The notes: generated by a model not told the origin, from the letters alone. A stretch of 64,000 nt of DNA from an uncultured Gemmatimonadaceae bacterium (GCA_963761305.1 CAVXGK010000002.1:2176001-2240000), one strand, 5' to 3'. Shown: positions 10,762 through 21,242, counted from the stretch's first letter. Program-made: numbers and translations.

Positions 10762-11190
10762 ATGGCCATCAACACTTCGAAGGTCCTCGTCGGCGGCATT
10801 GTCGGCGGCATCGTTGCGAACGTGATCGACTTCGCGGGAAACTCGCTCATTCTCGGCAACATGCACCGGGCTGACATGGCCAAGCTCAATCCCGCGCTGT
10901 CGGTGAACCCGTCGGGTGGACAGATCGCCGGGTTCGCGATCTTCGACATCGTCTGGATCATCGCGACCGTTTGGATCTACGCGGCCATCCGTCCGCGATT
11001 CGGCCCGGGCCCCAAGACGGCCGTCTATGCGGCGATCGTTTCCTGGGTCGTGGGCACCAGCGTCGCCGGGTTCTTCTGGATGCTGGGCATATTCGGCACG
11101 AACGTGTTCGTCGCGACGGGCGCCGTCGAACTGGTCAACGCGATCGTGTCGACGCTCGTCGGCGCCTGGCTGTACACGGAAAACGCCTAG
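10762..11190 (+). CDS. Hypothetical membrane protein (4 TM)
   Basis: GGAGG SD; hydrophobic helices around YAAIRPRFGPGPKTA. Confidence 0.8.
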   Translation: MAINTSKVLVGGIVGGIVANVIDFAGNSLILGNMHRADMAKLNPALSVNPSGGQIAGFAIFDIVWIIATVWIYAAIRPRFGPGPKTAVYAAIVSWVVGTSVAGFFWMLGIFGTNVFVATGAVELVNAIVSTLVGAWLYTENA

Positions 11191-11195
11191 CCGGC

Positions 11196-11687
11196 TCAGA
11201 CAATCGCCACCGCGACCATCCAGATCGCCATCACCAGTCCGATGGCGATCTTGGTCGCCGCGGCCGCAACGCGTCCGAGGAACGCGCCCCACGCCACGCG
11301 GGCCGCCGCGCCGTGCCCGCTTCCACCGCTCCACTCGGCGACGAACGCGCCGATGAACGCGCCGGCAAAGGCGCCGACGATCGAGCCGACGATCGGCACC
11401 GGTACGCCGATGAACGCGCCGACCATTCCGCCGAGGATCGCGCCCCACGCCGCGCGTCGCGAACCGCCGTAGCGTTTCGTGAAGCGACCGGTGAGCACCC
11501 ACTCGAGCCCCTCAGCGACCACCATCAAAACTCCGACGCCGATCACCGTGGTGAGCCCGATGCCGCCCGCCGGCACGAGCAGGTGATAGCAGAGCGCCGC
11601 GGCGAACAGCACGAGCGTGCCCGGCAGGCCGAACGGGATCATCACCAGGCCGATCACGATCGCGGCAATGAGCAGCAGAACTTCCAT
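11196..11687 (-). CDS. DUF456-family membrane protein
   Basis: PFGLPGT...KRYGGSRRAAWGAILGG pattern. Confidence 0.8.
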   Translation of the reverse strand: MEVLLLIAAIVIGLVMIPFGLPGTLVLFAAALCYHLLVPAGGIGLTTVIGVGVLMVVAEGLEWVLTGRFTKRYGGSRRAAWGAILGGMVGAFIGVPVPIVGSIVGAFAGAFIGAFVAEWSGGSGHGAAARVAWGAFLGRVAAAATKIAIGLVMAIWMVAVAIV

Positions 11688-12755
11688 TCAGAGCAACCTC
11701 GCAGCTGTTCGGGCGAGCACGCGCGCCGCACCCGCTATCCCCGTGCCGCGCATCGCGTCGAGGCTGTCGCGCGGCGTGTGGATCCTGAGAAGCGTACGCA
11801 GCGAGCCGCGGCTCAGTGTCAGCGTCTCCCAGCCGGCGTCGGCCAGCGCGACGCTGTCCGTGAGGATCCCCGGCAGCAGCCGGAGAGCCTGAACCGATTC
11901 GCCGCTCGCGCTCGATGCCTCGGCGAGTGCGTCCAGCAGCCGCGACGGGCGACGGCGCGTGAACATGGCGACGAGCGGGCCGCCGTCGTCGACGCTGTCG
12001 CAGTTGAGCGCGACACCCGGCGGGCGCGATCGGGCCCACACACGCGCGCCGGCGAGCGATAGTTCTTCAGCGTCCGAGATCAGGACGCCGACGGGCAGCG
12101 CCGGCGAGAGCGACGCTGCCGCCTCCAGCACGGCGGCCACGCCGCTCGCGTTGTCGAGCGCCCCCGCGCTGCGCGCGCCGACGATCGACAGCATGAGCGG
12201 CACGCCGCCGATCCACGCGATGACGAGCGCGGGAACGTCGAGGCTCGATTTCGCGAGCAGCGCGAGACCAACGCCAATCAAGCCGGCCGTCATCACGACG
12301 ACACCTGCGACGCGCATGAGCATCGGCACCGGTTGCGACTTCGAATCGAGGTGCGCGACGAGCCAGAGCCGCGTCGGCGCTGGGCCGCGCGTCGCCTCGA
12401 GGTTGACGCCAGCGCGCCGCATCACTGGTGCGTCCGCCACGCCGCGCGCCAAGCCGATCGCCACCGCGATGGCGACGCCAATCGCGCCGATCGCCCACCA
12501 TGTCGGCGAGCCGGCGCCTTGTGCCCTCGCCGCGACGGCCAGCGTCGCGGCCAGCGGAAGCAGCAACCCGAATGACGGAGCGCCGAATCGTCCGGCGAAT
12601 GACGAGTACTCGAATGACTCTTCGCGCACGGCAAATCGGAGCCGGCGCAACTCCGCGGCGCAGTAGTCGCGCGCGTCGGCAATGGCGGCGCCGCCGGTCG
12701 GACGCGGACTGGCGGCGAGCCGGGCGAGGTGCGGTGACCCGCCCGCGGTGGTCAC
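11688..12755 (-). CDS. Membrane-associated M28-family peptidase
   Basis: VAHLDSK, GALDNASG, DAEELSLAG and LNCDS. Confidence 0.8.
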   Translation of the reverse strand: MTTAGGSPHLARLAASPRPTGGAAIADARDYCAAELRRLRFAVREESFEYSSFAGRFGAPSFGLLLPLAATLAVAARAQGAGSPTWWAIGAIGVAIAVAIGLARGVADAPVMRRAGVNLEATRGPAPTRLWLVAHLDSKSQPVPMLMRVAGVVVMTAGLIGVGLALLAKSSLDVPALVIAWIGGVPLMLSIVGARSAGALDNASGVAAVLEAAASLSPALPVGVLISDAEELSLAGARVWARSRPPGVALNCDSVDDGGPLVAMFTRRRPSRLLDALAEASSASGESVQALRLLPGILTDSVALADAGWETLTLSRGSLRTLLRIHTPRDSLDAMRGTGIAGAARVLARTAARLL

Positions 12756-13661
12756 TTACGCCGTCACGAGCTCCGCGCTTCGCAGCAGCTCGCCAACGCT
12801 CGCGACTTGATTCGGTTCGAGCGGAAGGAGCGGCGCGCGCAACGGCCCGCCGACGAGTCCTCCGCCGACGGCGTCCATCGCCGCCTTCACGCCGGCGATG
12901 CCCATTTCGCCGACGATCTTGCTCCCGAGAGGCGTCATGCGCGCCTGGCCCGCCCGCGCCGACTCGCGCTCGCCGCGCCGGAACGAATCGTAGACGTCCA
13001 TCGACAACGCGGCGGCGAAGAGCGCCACGGCAAGAATGCCGCCGCGCGATCCCATCTCGAGCGCGTCGAGGAACATCGGCGCGTTGCCGGTGAGCACCGA
13101 AAACGAATCGGACTGCGCCGGCATGTACGACGCGAACAGCTCCCGGTTGCCCGAGCTGTCCTTGATGCCGATGACGTTCTGGTGCTGCGCGAGCTCGGCG
13201 ACGAGCGTCGCGGACAGCGCGAAGTGCATGTACTTCGGAATGCTGTAGAGCACCACCGGCACCGGCGACTCGTCGGCCACGCGGTGATAGTGCTGCCACA
13301 GCGCGCGCTCGCTCATCGCGTTGCCGTAGTAGTGCGGCGCGACGACGAGCACAGCGTCGGCGCCATGGGCCGCGGCGTCGTGGGTCTGTTTGAGACACGT
13401 GCGCGTGGACTCCGCGCCCGTGCCGACGATCAGCCATTTGTCGCTCGGAACGAGCGCACGCGTCGCGTCGACGAGCGCGAGTCGCTCGGCCGCGTCGAGC
13501 AGCGGCGCCTCGCCTGTCGAGCCCGTGACGACGATGCCGTGCATGCCGGCGTCGAGATGCGCGCGCACGTTCGCCGAAAAGCCCGCCGTGTCGAGTCCGC
13601 CCGTCTGCGGGGAGAACGTCGTCACGACCGGCGCGAAGACACCGTCGAGATGTTTGCTCAT
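12756..13661 (-). CDS. Dihydrodipicolinate synthase (DapA)-family aldolase
   Basis: GSTGE, LYSIP and GIKDSSG; ATG overlaps the pilT stop (TAATG). Confidence 0.9.
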   Translation of the reverse strand: MSKHLDGVFAPVVTTFSPQTGGLDTAGFSANVRAHLDAGMHGIVVTGSTGEAPLLDAAERLALVDATRALVPSDKWLIVGTGAESTRTCLKQTHDAAAHGADAVLVVAPHYYGNAMSERALWQHYHRVADESPVPVVLYSIPKYMHFALSATLVAELAQHQNVIGIKDSSGNRELFASYMPAQSDSFSVLTGNAPMFLDALEMGSRGGILAVALFAAALSMDVYDSFRRGERESARAGQARMTPLGSKIVGEMGIAGVKAAMDAVGGGLVGGPLRAPLLPLEPNQVASVGELLRSAELVTA

Positions 13662-14842
13662 TAGCCCAGAAAGTCCAAACCGCCGGTTTGCAGTCCATCG
13701 AGCGCCGGTGCCTCGAGCGCCGGCGCCGGTTCCTCGACTTCCACTTCCGCCTCCTCCGCCGGCTCGTCGACGACACTCCGCGAAAACATTTTCATCTGCA
13801 ATTCGAAGTCCGACGGATTCGACGCCGCGGCCTTGGCCGTCTCGAACGTGACCACGCCCTGCGCGACGAGATCGGCCAGGCATTGGTCGAACGTCTGCAT
13901 TCCGTACTGGTCGCGGCCGCCGGCGATGAAATCGCGAATCTCGCCGATGCGCTGGCCGTCCATCATCAAATCGCGGATCGAGGGCGTGTTGATCATGATT
14001 TCCGCCGCGACCGCGCGCCCCTTGCCCGTTTTCTTGGGCAACAGCCGCTGCGAGATGACGGAATGCAGCGACTCGGCGAGCCGAATGCGGATGATCTCCT
14101 GCTCTTCGGGCGGAAACATGGCCATGATGCGCAGGATGGTGCTCTGCGCGTCGGGCGTGTGCAGCGTGGACATCAGGAGGTGGCCCGTCTCGGCGGCCTT
14201 GATCGCCGTGTCCACCGTCTCGGCGTCACGCATCTCGCCGATCATGATGACGTCGGGATCCTGACGCAGCGCGGCACGCAGACCCATCTTGAAATCCACC
14301 GTGTCCGAGCCGATTTCACGCTGCGTGACCGACGACTTGTTGTCGCGGTGCAGGAATTCGATCGGGTTCTCGAGCGTGAGGATGTGACGGCTCTCGCGCG
14401 CGTTGATGTAGTTGATGAGCGCGGCCATCGTGCTCGACTTGCCCGAGCCGGTCACGCCGGTCACGAGCACCATGCCGCGCTCGGCGCTGGCGATCTGCGC
14501 CAACACGGCGGGCAGGCGGAGCCCCTCGAACGTCGGCACCTCCCACGGAATCACGCGCATGACGATGGCGAACGATCCGCGCTGGCGCATGATGTTGACG
14601 CGGAATCGGCCGATGCCCGACGCGGCCCATGAGCAGTCGTAGTCGAGGATCTTGTCGATCCGCGCCTTGTCGTCCTCGTTGTGCATCAGGTGCAGGGCGA
14701 TCGAGCGCGTCTGCTCCGGCGTGAGCGCCTGCTTGGTCAGCGGCACCAACTCGCCGTGGATGCGCGCCCGAAAGACGTCGCCGGCCTTGATGTGCAGATC
14801 CGAGGCTCCGCGATCGACGGCCGCCTTGATGATCTTCTCCAT
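13661..14842 (-). CDS. pilT: PilT/PilU-family type IV pilus retraction ATPase
   Basis: ASDLHI, GVTGSGKSST, ALRQDPDVIMIGEMRD, AETGHL and GMQTFDQ. Confidence 0.92.
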   Translation of the reverse strand: MEKIIKAAVDRGASDLHIKAGDVFRARIHGELVPLTKQALTPEQTRSIALHLMHNEDDKARIDKILDYDCSWAASGIGRFRVNIMRQRGSFAIVMRVIPWEVPTFEGLRLPAVLAQIASAERGMVLVTGVTGSGKSSTMAALINYINARESRHILTLENPIEFLHRDNKSSVTQREIGSDTVDFKMGLRAALRQDPDVIMIGEMRDAETVDTAIKAAETGHLLMSTLHTPDAQSTILRIMAMFPPEEQEIIRIRLAESLHSVISQRLLPKKTGKGRAVAAEIMINTPSIRDLMMDGQRIGEIRDFIAGGRDQYGMQTFDQCLADLVAQGVVTFETAKAAASNPSDFELQMKMFSRSVVDEPAEEAEVEVEEPAPALEAPALDGLQTGGLDFLG

Positions 14843-15903
14843 CAATAGCCCGCCCGCTTGTTGACCAGATTGTTGAGAGGCATGCCGCTCACGTAACGCC
14901 GCCAGTTGTCGAGGAAGAGATCGAGTTGCCGGGGCCAGAAACGCCCCGGAGAAACCGGAGACACGTGCGGTGTGAGCAGCACCTGCCGAAGCTGCCACAG
15001 CGGGCTGAACGTCGCCAGTGGCTCCTCCCGAAACACGTCGAGCACGGCGCCACGGAGCCGTCCATCCCGCAGACGAACGACGAGCGCCTCCTCATCCAGC
15101 AACGCACCTCGGGCGACGTTCACGACGATGGCAGAGCGCGGCAGGAGGTCGAGCCGCCGGCCGTCCAGAAGGCCGTTGGTCTCCGGCGTGAGCGGGGCGC
15201 CGAGCACGACCACGTCGTGCCGTGGAAGCTCTTCGTCGAACGCGGTCAGGGACACGACGCGCTCGAATCCGGGCGGCGGACCGAGCTCCGGGCGCCGTCT
15301 GACCCCCGTGCACCGCGCGCCGAGGGCCGTGAGCCGTTCGCCGACGGCCTGTCCGATGCCCCCCGTCCCGACGATCAACGCCCTGACGGTGTCCATCTCC
15401 CGCAGCTCGGAGTCGAGGCGCACGAACGGCGTCTTGTTCCATTCCGTGCGGTGCTGCTGGGTCACGGCGTAGTCCAGGCCTCGCAGGAAGTGCAGCACGC
15501 CCGCCACCACGTATTCGGCGATCGGCACGGCGTGAACGCCAGCGGAGTTCGTGAATGCCACATCGCTGGCGAGCATCTCGGGATAGAGTGCCGTCCCTAC
15601 GCCGGCCGCCGCGGAGTGGACCCACCGCAGTCCCGGCGCGTTGACGAGGAGCGCCTTGGGAATCCCGAACCCGAAGTAGATCTCGGCGCTGCGGATGGCG
15701 TCCACCACCTCGTCGCTCGGGCGCGGCGGCCCGTCGCCGTCCGAGCTCGTCGCCGCCTGGACGAGGTGGATGGTCCAGCCGCGTGGCGCCTCGTCGGCGA
15801 TTCGTCGCGCGCCTTCCGGCGTCAGCGCCCAGTTTTTCGACGTCGCCGCGAGATCGACGACCAGGAGTCGTGAACCGACGAGCGGAGCGAGCTCGAGCTT
15901 CAT
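14842..15903 (-). CDS. D-2-hydroxyacid dehydrogenase
   Basis: GTGGIG, NVARG, AVLDVFREEPL and TPHVS. Confidence 0.92.
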   Translation of the reverse strand: MKLELAPLVGSRLLVVDLAATSKNWALTPEGARRIADEAPRGWTIHLVQAATSSDGDGPPRPSDEVVDAIRSAEIYFGFGIPKALLVNAPGLRWVHSAAAGVGTALYPEMLASDVAFTNSAGVHAVPIAEYVVAGVLHFLRGLDYAVTQQHRTEWNKTPFVRLDSELREMDTVRALIVGTGGIGQAVGERLTALGARCTGVRRRPELGPPPGFERVVSLTAFDEELPRHDVVVLGAPLTPETNGLLDGRRLDLLPRSAIVVNVARGALLDEEALVVRLRDGRLRGAVLDVFREEPLATFSPLWQLRQVLLTPHVSPVSPGRFWPRQLDLFLDNWRRYVSGMPLNNLVNKRAGY

Positions 15904-15949
15904 CGAGATTGAAACTGCCGAGGCGCCCTCGGGCGCGCCAGCGGTTCGT

Positions 15950-16456
15950 TCACGTGAACGTCGGCGCGCGCACGAACGTGAACGCCGCCTGCATGGCGAT
16001 GAGGCCCAACGGCATCGCGTACGTCGCCAGGGCGTTCCGCACGTCTTGGCGCAGCGACGAGCGGTACACGAGCCAACACGCCACGACGATCGCCGACTCC
16101 AACGCGAAGTCGCGGTACATGTGCGAGTAGAAATGCATTCCGACTTCCGGCCCGCCCGGCCAGATCGATTTGAGCCCGGTCACGTAGTCGAGCCCCCAGT
16201 GCGACAGATAGGTCCCGCCCACAATCAACGCGTCGACCGCCGAGTCGAGAAACGGTATCAGACAGAGGGACAACATCACGGAGCAGAAAACCACCGACGC
16301 GAGCGAGTGCGACACGTCGGGATTCGGCCGGTGCACGACGTGCGTCAGCATGTCCACCCAGTCCGGTCCATAGGCGACGGGCACGAGCAGCGCCATCGAC
16401 AACTGCGGGCGCTTCCCTTTCACCAACGTCGCGAAGGCGGCGTGTCCCGCGTACAT
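15950..16456 (-). CDS. Membrane protein, metal-dependent hydrolase-like
   Basis: GH...PD...SHS...SHWGLD pattern with TM segments. Confidence 0.65.
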   Translation of the reverse strand: MYAGHAAFATLVKGKRPQLSMALLVPVAYGPDWVDMLTHVVHRPNPDVSHSLASVVFCSVMLSLCLIPFLDSAVDALIVGGTYLSHWGLDYVTGLKSIWPGGPEVGMHFYSHMYRDFALESAIVVACWLVYRSSLRQDVRNALATYAMPLGLIAMQAAFTFVRAPTFT

Positions 16457-16465
16457 CCGGATCGC

Positions 16466-16603
16466 TCAGCGCTTACGGTTCAGTAAGCGGTCGATCGCGA
16501 CGAGCCAGACCCATGGCGCGACGAGACCGGCGAGGATGACCGCACGGAGCAGGATGCTTTGAATCGGGGGCACGAAGGCGAACGCGGCCCCGGCGTGTTC
16601 CAC
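16466..16603 (-). CDS. Possible 45-aa single-TM peptide
   Basis: GTG right after the trpS stop; hydrophobic core and basic tail; fills the gap in the operon. Confidence 0.3.
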   Translation of the reverse strand: MEHAGAAFAFVPPIQSILLRAVILAGLVAPWVWLVAIDRLLNRKR

Positions 16604-16605
16604 GC

Positions 16606-17619
16606 TCAAAATCCCATCCGGTCGCGCACCACGTCCATCGTCTCGCGCGCAAGTCGACGGCAGCGAGTCGCCCCCGCGTCGAGCGCGTCCTCCAGGAGCT
16701 TCGGCTTCGCCTCGAGCTCGGTGGCTCGGGCCCGAATCGGCGCGAGCTCCGTCTCCATCGACTCGGCCAGCACCTTCTTGCAATCGAGGCATCCCCACCC
16801 GGCCGTCGTGCACTGAGCGGCGACGTGCTCCACGGTCGCCGTCGTGCTGAACGCTTTGTGGAGATGATAGATGTTGCAGACCTCCGGCGTGCCGGGGTCC
16901 GTGCGCTTGATGCGCTTTGGATCGGTGACCGCCGGACGCAATTTCGCCCAGATACCGTCGGGCGTGTCGAGCAACGGCACCGTGTTGCCCATCGACTTGG
17001 ACATCTTCGACTGCCCGTCGAGCCCCATGATGCGCCGCGTCGGCGTGAGCAGCGGTTTCGGCTCCGGGAAGAATTGTTCGCGCTCTTCCCCACCGTCCTC
17101 CGTGCGGCGTCCGGTCAATCGCGCGAATGTCGAATTCCATTTGCGCGCCACGACGCGCGACAGCTCGAGGTGCTGGATCTGATCCTCGCCCACGGGCACC
17201 ATGTCGGCGCGATACAGGAGAATGTCCGCCGCCTGGAGCACCGGATAGTTGAGCACTCCGGCCATGATGCTCTCCTGCCGCTGCGACTTTTCCTTGAACT
17301 GCGTTTGACGCTCGAGCTCTCCGAGCGGCGTGATGGTGTTGAAGATCCACGCCAGCTCGGTGTGTTCCGGCACCTGCGACTGCACGAACAGCGTGCACGT
17401 GTTCGGATCGATGCCGGCGGCGAGCAGCGACAGCGCCATCGCCTGCCGCCGCTCACGGAGCATGTCGGGGTCGTACGGGCCCGTGATGGCGTGGTAGTCG
17501 ACGATGCAGAAGATGGACTCGTGCTCGTGCTGCAGCCGCGCCCAATTCTTGACCGCGCCGAGGTAGTTTCCGATGTGGAGTTCCCCGGACGGCTGAATCC
17601 CACTGAAAATCCGTGACAT
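16606..17619 (-). CDS. trpS: Tryptophan--tRNA ligase
   Basis: SGIQPSGELHIGNYLGA, YPVLQAADIL, VPVGEDQ and KMSKS. Confidence 0.98.
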   Translation of the reverse strand: MSRIFSGIQPSGELHIGNYLGAVKNWARLQHEHESIFCIVDYHAITGPYDPDMLRERRQAMALSLLAAGIDPNTCTLFVQSQVPEHTELAWIFNTITPLGELERQTQFKEKSQRQESIMAGVLNYPVLQAADILLYRADMVPVGEDQIQHLELSRVVARKWNSTFARLTGRRTEDGGEEREQFFPEPKPLLTPTRRIMGLDGQSKMSKSMGNTVPLLDTPDGIWAKLRPAVTDPKRIKRTDPGTPEVCNIYHLHKAFSTTATVEHVAAQCTTAGWGCLDCKKVLAESMETELAPIRARATELEAKPKLLEDALDAGATRCRRLARETMDVVRDRMGF

Positions 17620-18422
17620 CCGCTCAAAATAACAGCGCCCACCCTCGGGAGCTGCTGGCGACGTGCGTGGCGGCCGCGGCTCGCGCCGCCGAGATCATTC
17701 GCCGCGGGGCCGAGACGCGCGACTCGCTCACCTGGGAGAACAAGTCCACGACGGACTTCGTGAGCGACGTGGACCGGAGCTCCGAGCGAGCGATCAACGA
17801 CGTCGTCGCCTCGCGCCACCCGGAAGCCCGGGTCCTCGGCGAAGAGCTCACGCCGTCCACGGACAACCGTTCGGGATTGGTGTTCGTGGCCGACCCGCTC
17901 GACGGCACGACGAATTTTCTCCACGGCTACCCGTGGTACGCGGTGTCGATCGCGGCACTGGTAGAGGGCGAGCCCGTCGCCGCCGTCATTCTCAATGCGG
18001 CGACGGGCGAGTTGTTTTCGGCGACGGCCGGCGGCGGCGCGCGGAGGAGCGGCCAGCCGATCAGCGTCTCGACGATCGACGAGCCGGCGCGCTCGATCAT
18101 CGGCACCGGCTTTCCATTCAAGACGCCGCACCTCGTCGACGCGTACATGCAGTCGCTGCCCGTTGTGATGCGCGAGGTCGCCGGCATTCGCCGGGCCGGA
18201 TCGGCCGCGCTCGATCTGTCTGACGTCGCGTGCGGACGATTCGACGCGTTCTGGGAGCTGACGCTCGCTCCGTGGGACGTCGCCGCGGGCATTCTGTTGG
18301 TGCGGGAGGCGGGCGGCGTCGTCACCGACGTTGCCGGCGCGCCGGCGACCGTGAGTCACACGTCGATCGTCGCCGGCAACCCGGCGATGCACGCGTGGGT
18401 GCTCGAGCGCGTGCGAATGTAA
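17613..18422 (+). CDS. suhB: Inositol monophosphatase family protein (start uncertain)
   Basis: DPLDGTTNF, RRAGSAALDL and PWDVAAG. Confidence 0.9.
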   Translation: MTSAQNNSAHPRELLATCVAAAARAAEIIRRGAETRDSLTWENKSTTDFVSDVDRSSERAINDVVASRHPEARVLGEELTPSTDNRSGLVFVADPLDGTTNFLHGYPWYAVSIAALVEGEPVAAVILNAATGELFSATAGGGARRSGQPISVSTIDEPARSIIGTGFPFKTPHLVDAYMQSLPVVMREVAGIRRAGSAALDLSDVACGRFDAFWELTLAPWDVAAGILLVREAGGVVTDVAGAPATVSHTSIVAGNPAMHAWVLERVRM

Positions 18423-18501
18423 CGGATTGAACGGACGAGCTTGTCAACGCCGGTACCGAGAAAGAAATTGTGGCGATGGAGCGGTCGAGGCGACTTCTCT
18501 C

Positions 18502-19074
18502 ATGAGCACCCTCACACGTCTGCGCGAGCTGCTGGTCGGTGTCGCGGCGGTGTCCTGTCTCTCGCCCCCTGGTGAGACACTGACGACGCAGAACTCGCTC
18601 TTTGATCTCACCTCGGGGCCGAAACTTCTCACGATCTCGGGCGGGGACTTCTCCGGCGATTCGGCGCATCTCCATCCCTGCGCTCCACTCGGTCCGCCCG
18701 CCGGCGGGAAACTCGTGTCCACGCGCATCGATCTCGAGGCTCAGGGCTCGGACTGGATTGGCCGTTCGATCGCGGCGTCGGATGGAAACGTGGTACTGAC
18801 GCTTCATTCGGTTGGTCCGGCCTTCGGAGCGCACACCGTCGCCGGCACGATCAGCGGCAGCGCGATCAGCGTCATTCCAACGCCGGTCGCTCCGCCGAGC
18901 AAGGTTCGAATCGTCTTCGACTCGCTGTCGCCGGAGTCGATCGACGGCGCGGGCGAACAGATCGGCCAGTTCGTGAATGGGAACGTCACCGGCCTATCCG
19001 CGTTCACCGATACAGCCGGCGCTGTCTCGAGCTGCACCTGGCTGCAGTGGACGCTGCAGCCCCTGCCCGAATAG
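18502..19074 (+). CDS. Hypothetical lipoprotein
   Basis: Signal-like N-terminus ending VAAVSC; beta-rich mature part. Confidence 0.55.
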   Translation: MSTLTRLRELLVGVAAVSCLSPPGETLTTQNSLFDLTSGPKLLTISGGDFSGDSAHLHPCAPLGPPAGGKLVSTRIDLEAQGSDWIGRSIAASDGNVVLTLHSVGPAFGAHTVAGTISGSAISVIPTPVAPPSKVRIVFDSLSPESIDGAGEQIGQFVNGNVTGLSAFTDTAGAVSSCTWLQWTLQPLPE

Positions 19075-19161
19075 ACTCGGGCCTCCGTCGTCGGCCTCCA
19101 TATATTCAGGCAACTTTGCGCGAGCGATCGCGCCCCGGTTGCCCACGTCCTTCCCACCGCA

Positions 19162-20685
19162 ATGAAGCTCGTCGAGTGCGTTCCGAATTTTTCCGAGGGC
19201 CGCCGGCCCGAGGTCGTCGCCGCCATCCGTGACGCGATCGCGGGCGTCGAGAGCGTCGCGATCCTCGACGCCTCGTCCGACGCGTCGCACAACCGCACGG
19301 TGGTCACGTTCGTCGTCGCCGTGGAGCACGCGGTGGACGCGGCGTTCGCCGGCATTCGCGCGGCCCGCGAGCGGATCGACCTCAACTCGCACAGCGGCGA
19401 ACATCCGCGCATGGGCGCCACCGACGTCGTGCCGTTCGTGCCGCTCGAAGGCTCGACGATGGAGGACTGCATCGTTCTCGCGCGGCAGCTCGGCGAGCGC
19501 GTTGGCAAAGAACTCGAGATCCCCGTCTTCCTATATGAGCGCGCCGCCACGCGACCCGATCGCGAGAACCTTGCCGACATTCGCCGCGGCGAGTTCGAGG
19601 GCATTCGCGACGAGATGAAAGCCGGCGCGGCGAATCGCGCGCCCGACTTCGGCCCGTCGACGATTCATCCCACGGCGGGCGCCGTCGCGATCGGCGCACG
19701 GCCGTTTCTCGTCGCGTACAACGTGTACTTGGGCCCCGCGTCGAACTTGCAAGTCGCGAGGAACGTGGCGAAGGCGGTGCGCGGGTCCTCCGGCGGTCTC
19801 CGTTACGTGAAGGGCCTCGGCCTCGAGGTCGACGGTCAGGCGCAGGTGTCGATGAACCTCGTCGACACGGAAAAGACGCCGCTCTATCGCGCCTACGAAA
19901 CGGTGAAGATGGAGGCCGAGGCGCAGGGCGTGTCGCCCACGTGGAGTGAGATCGTGGGCGTCGTGCCCGAGCGCGCGCTGTTCGAGACCGCGGCACGGCA
20001 CATCCAGCTGCGCGATTTCAAGCCGGAGATCGTGCTCGAGCACAAGGTGCGCGCCGCCGTGCAAGGCGGCGAGTCCGTGTCGGGCTTCGTCGCGTCGGTC
20101 GCGTCGTCGGCGCCGACGCCTGGCGGCGGAAGCGTCGCCGCGCACGCCGGTGCGCTCGCCGCCGCGCTCGCGCAGATGGTCGCCGGACTCACGGCGGGCC
20201 GAAAGAAGTACGTCGCGGTAGACGCCGAGATGCGCGCACTGGGTCTTGAGGCGGCGGGGCTCGTCAACACGCTCTCGGCGCTTGTCGTGAAGGACGCGGC
20301 GTCGTTCAACGCCGTGTCGGCCGCGTACAAGCTCCCGTCCGAGCCCGACGACGCGCTCGTCAAACGCAAGCGCGCCATCGACGATGCCCTGATCGGCGCG
20401 GCGGAAGTTCCGCTGGAGACGGCGCGCGCCTGCGCGCGGGTCGCCGAGCTGGCGGCGACGTGCGCGACGAAGGGCAACACGAACGCCGTCTCGGATGCCG
20501 GCGTGTCGGCGCTGCTCGCCGAAGCGGCGTGCCGAGGGGCGGTTTACAACATTCGAATCAACGTGTCGTCGATGGACGACAAATCACGCGGTGCGGAGCT
20601 CCTCTCCGAGGCGAGCGACCTGCTCACCAAGACGCGGACGTACGTCGAGCAAGCCACCTCGGCGGTGGACCAAGCGATCGGCTGA
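19162..20685 (+). CDS. ftcd: Glutamate formimidoyltransferase-cyclodeaminase (bifunctional)
   Basis: MKLVECVPNFSEGRR, HPRMGATDVVPF; C-terminal cyclodeaminase PTPGGGS...GNTNAVSD. Confidence 0.95.
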   Translation: MKLVECVPNFSEGRRPEVVAAIRDAIAGVESVAILDASSDASHNRTVVTFVVAVEHAVDAAFAGIRAARERIDLNSHSGEHPRMGATDVVPFVPLEGSTMEDCIVLARQLGERVGKELEIPVFLYERAATRPDRENLADIRRGEFEGIRDEMKAGAANRAPDFGPSTIHPTAGAVAIGARPFLVAYNVYLGPASNLQVARNVAKAVRGSSGGLRYVKGLGLEVDGQAQVSMNLVDTEKTPLYRAYETVKMEAEAQGVSPTWSEIVGVVPERALFETAARHIQLRDFKPEIVLEHKVRAAVQGGESVSGFVASVASSAPTPGGGSVAAHAGALAAALAQMVAGLTAGRKKYVAVDAEMRALGLEAAGLVNTLSALVVKDAASFNAVSAAYKLPSEPDDALVKRKRAIDDALIGAAEVPLETARACARVAELAATCATKGNTNAVSDAGVSALLAEAACRGAVYNIRINVSSMDDKSRGAELLSEASDLLTKTRTYVEQATSAVDQAIG

Positions 20686-20691
20686 AGCAGG

Positions 20692-21189
20692 CTAGCGTCT
20701 GCGGCCGCCGTCCGGGTGATACGTCTCATCGATCACGACGGCGACCGCGAGAAGGAGCACCTGGTCCTCGGCGTTTCGGACGTCGATGCCGTACGTGTCG
20801 GCCAGGGTGAACCACTTCTTCGACACCGTGGCAATGATGTCCCCTCGACGGCGAACCAGATACTCGTGGTCGCCCAGGCTCCCCTGAACGTCGAGATCGG
20901 CGTCCGTTCCGGGAAATTCGATCGTCATCTGATGCTGAATGAGGACCAGCGGATCGTTCTTAACCGTCGCCACGACGTTGCCGCCGTGTGAGATCTCGTA
21001 CGTCTTTCCCCACGAGAGGACGCGCTGTTTGATGAACGCCAACTCGTTGCCCGCAAGATCCTGAAACGACAACTGATCGCCGATCGTGAACGCCTTGCCG
21101 TCCACGAAGTAGACGTCCTTGCCGTCGTTGTCCTTGATGTAGTAGTCGTCGCCCCACGCGAGGAGCTTCTGCTTCATCATGTATTGCAT
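20692..21189 (-). CDS. LURP-one/Tubby-C-like (scramblase-family) protein
   Basis: MQYMMKQKLLAWGDDYYIKD...VSKKWFTLADTYGIDV. Confidence 0.85.
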   Translation of the reverse strand: MQYMMKQKLLAWGDDYYIKDNDGKDVYFVDGKAFTIGDQLSFQDLAGNELAFIKQRVLSWGKTYEISHGGNVVATVKNDPLVLIQHQMTIEFPGTDADLDVQGSLGDHEYLVRRRGDIIATVSKKWFTLADTYGIDVRNAEDQVLLLAVAVVIDETYHPDGGRRR

Positions 21190-21194
21190 TTGTC

Positions 21195-21228
21195 GGGTGG
21201 AGGGGTGGACAGGTGGACGGGTGGACAG
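21195..21228. repeat. Degenerate octamer array (4 units) ending 5 nt before ATG 21189
   Basis: GGGTGGAG GGGTGGAC AGGTGGAC GGGTGGAC. Confidence 0.85.
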
Positions 21229-21242
21229 CCAGAGAGCGATGG

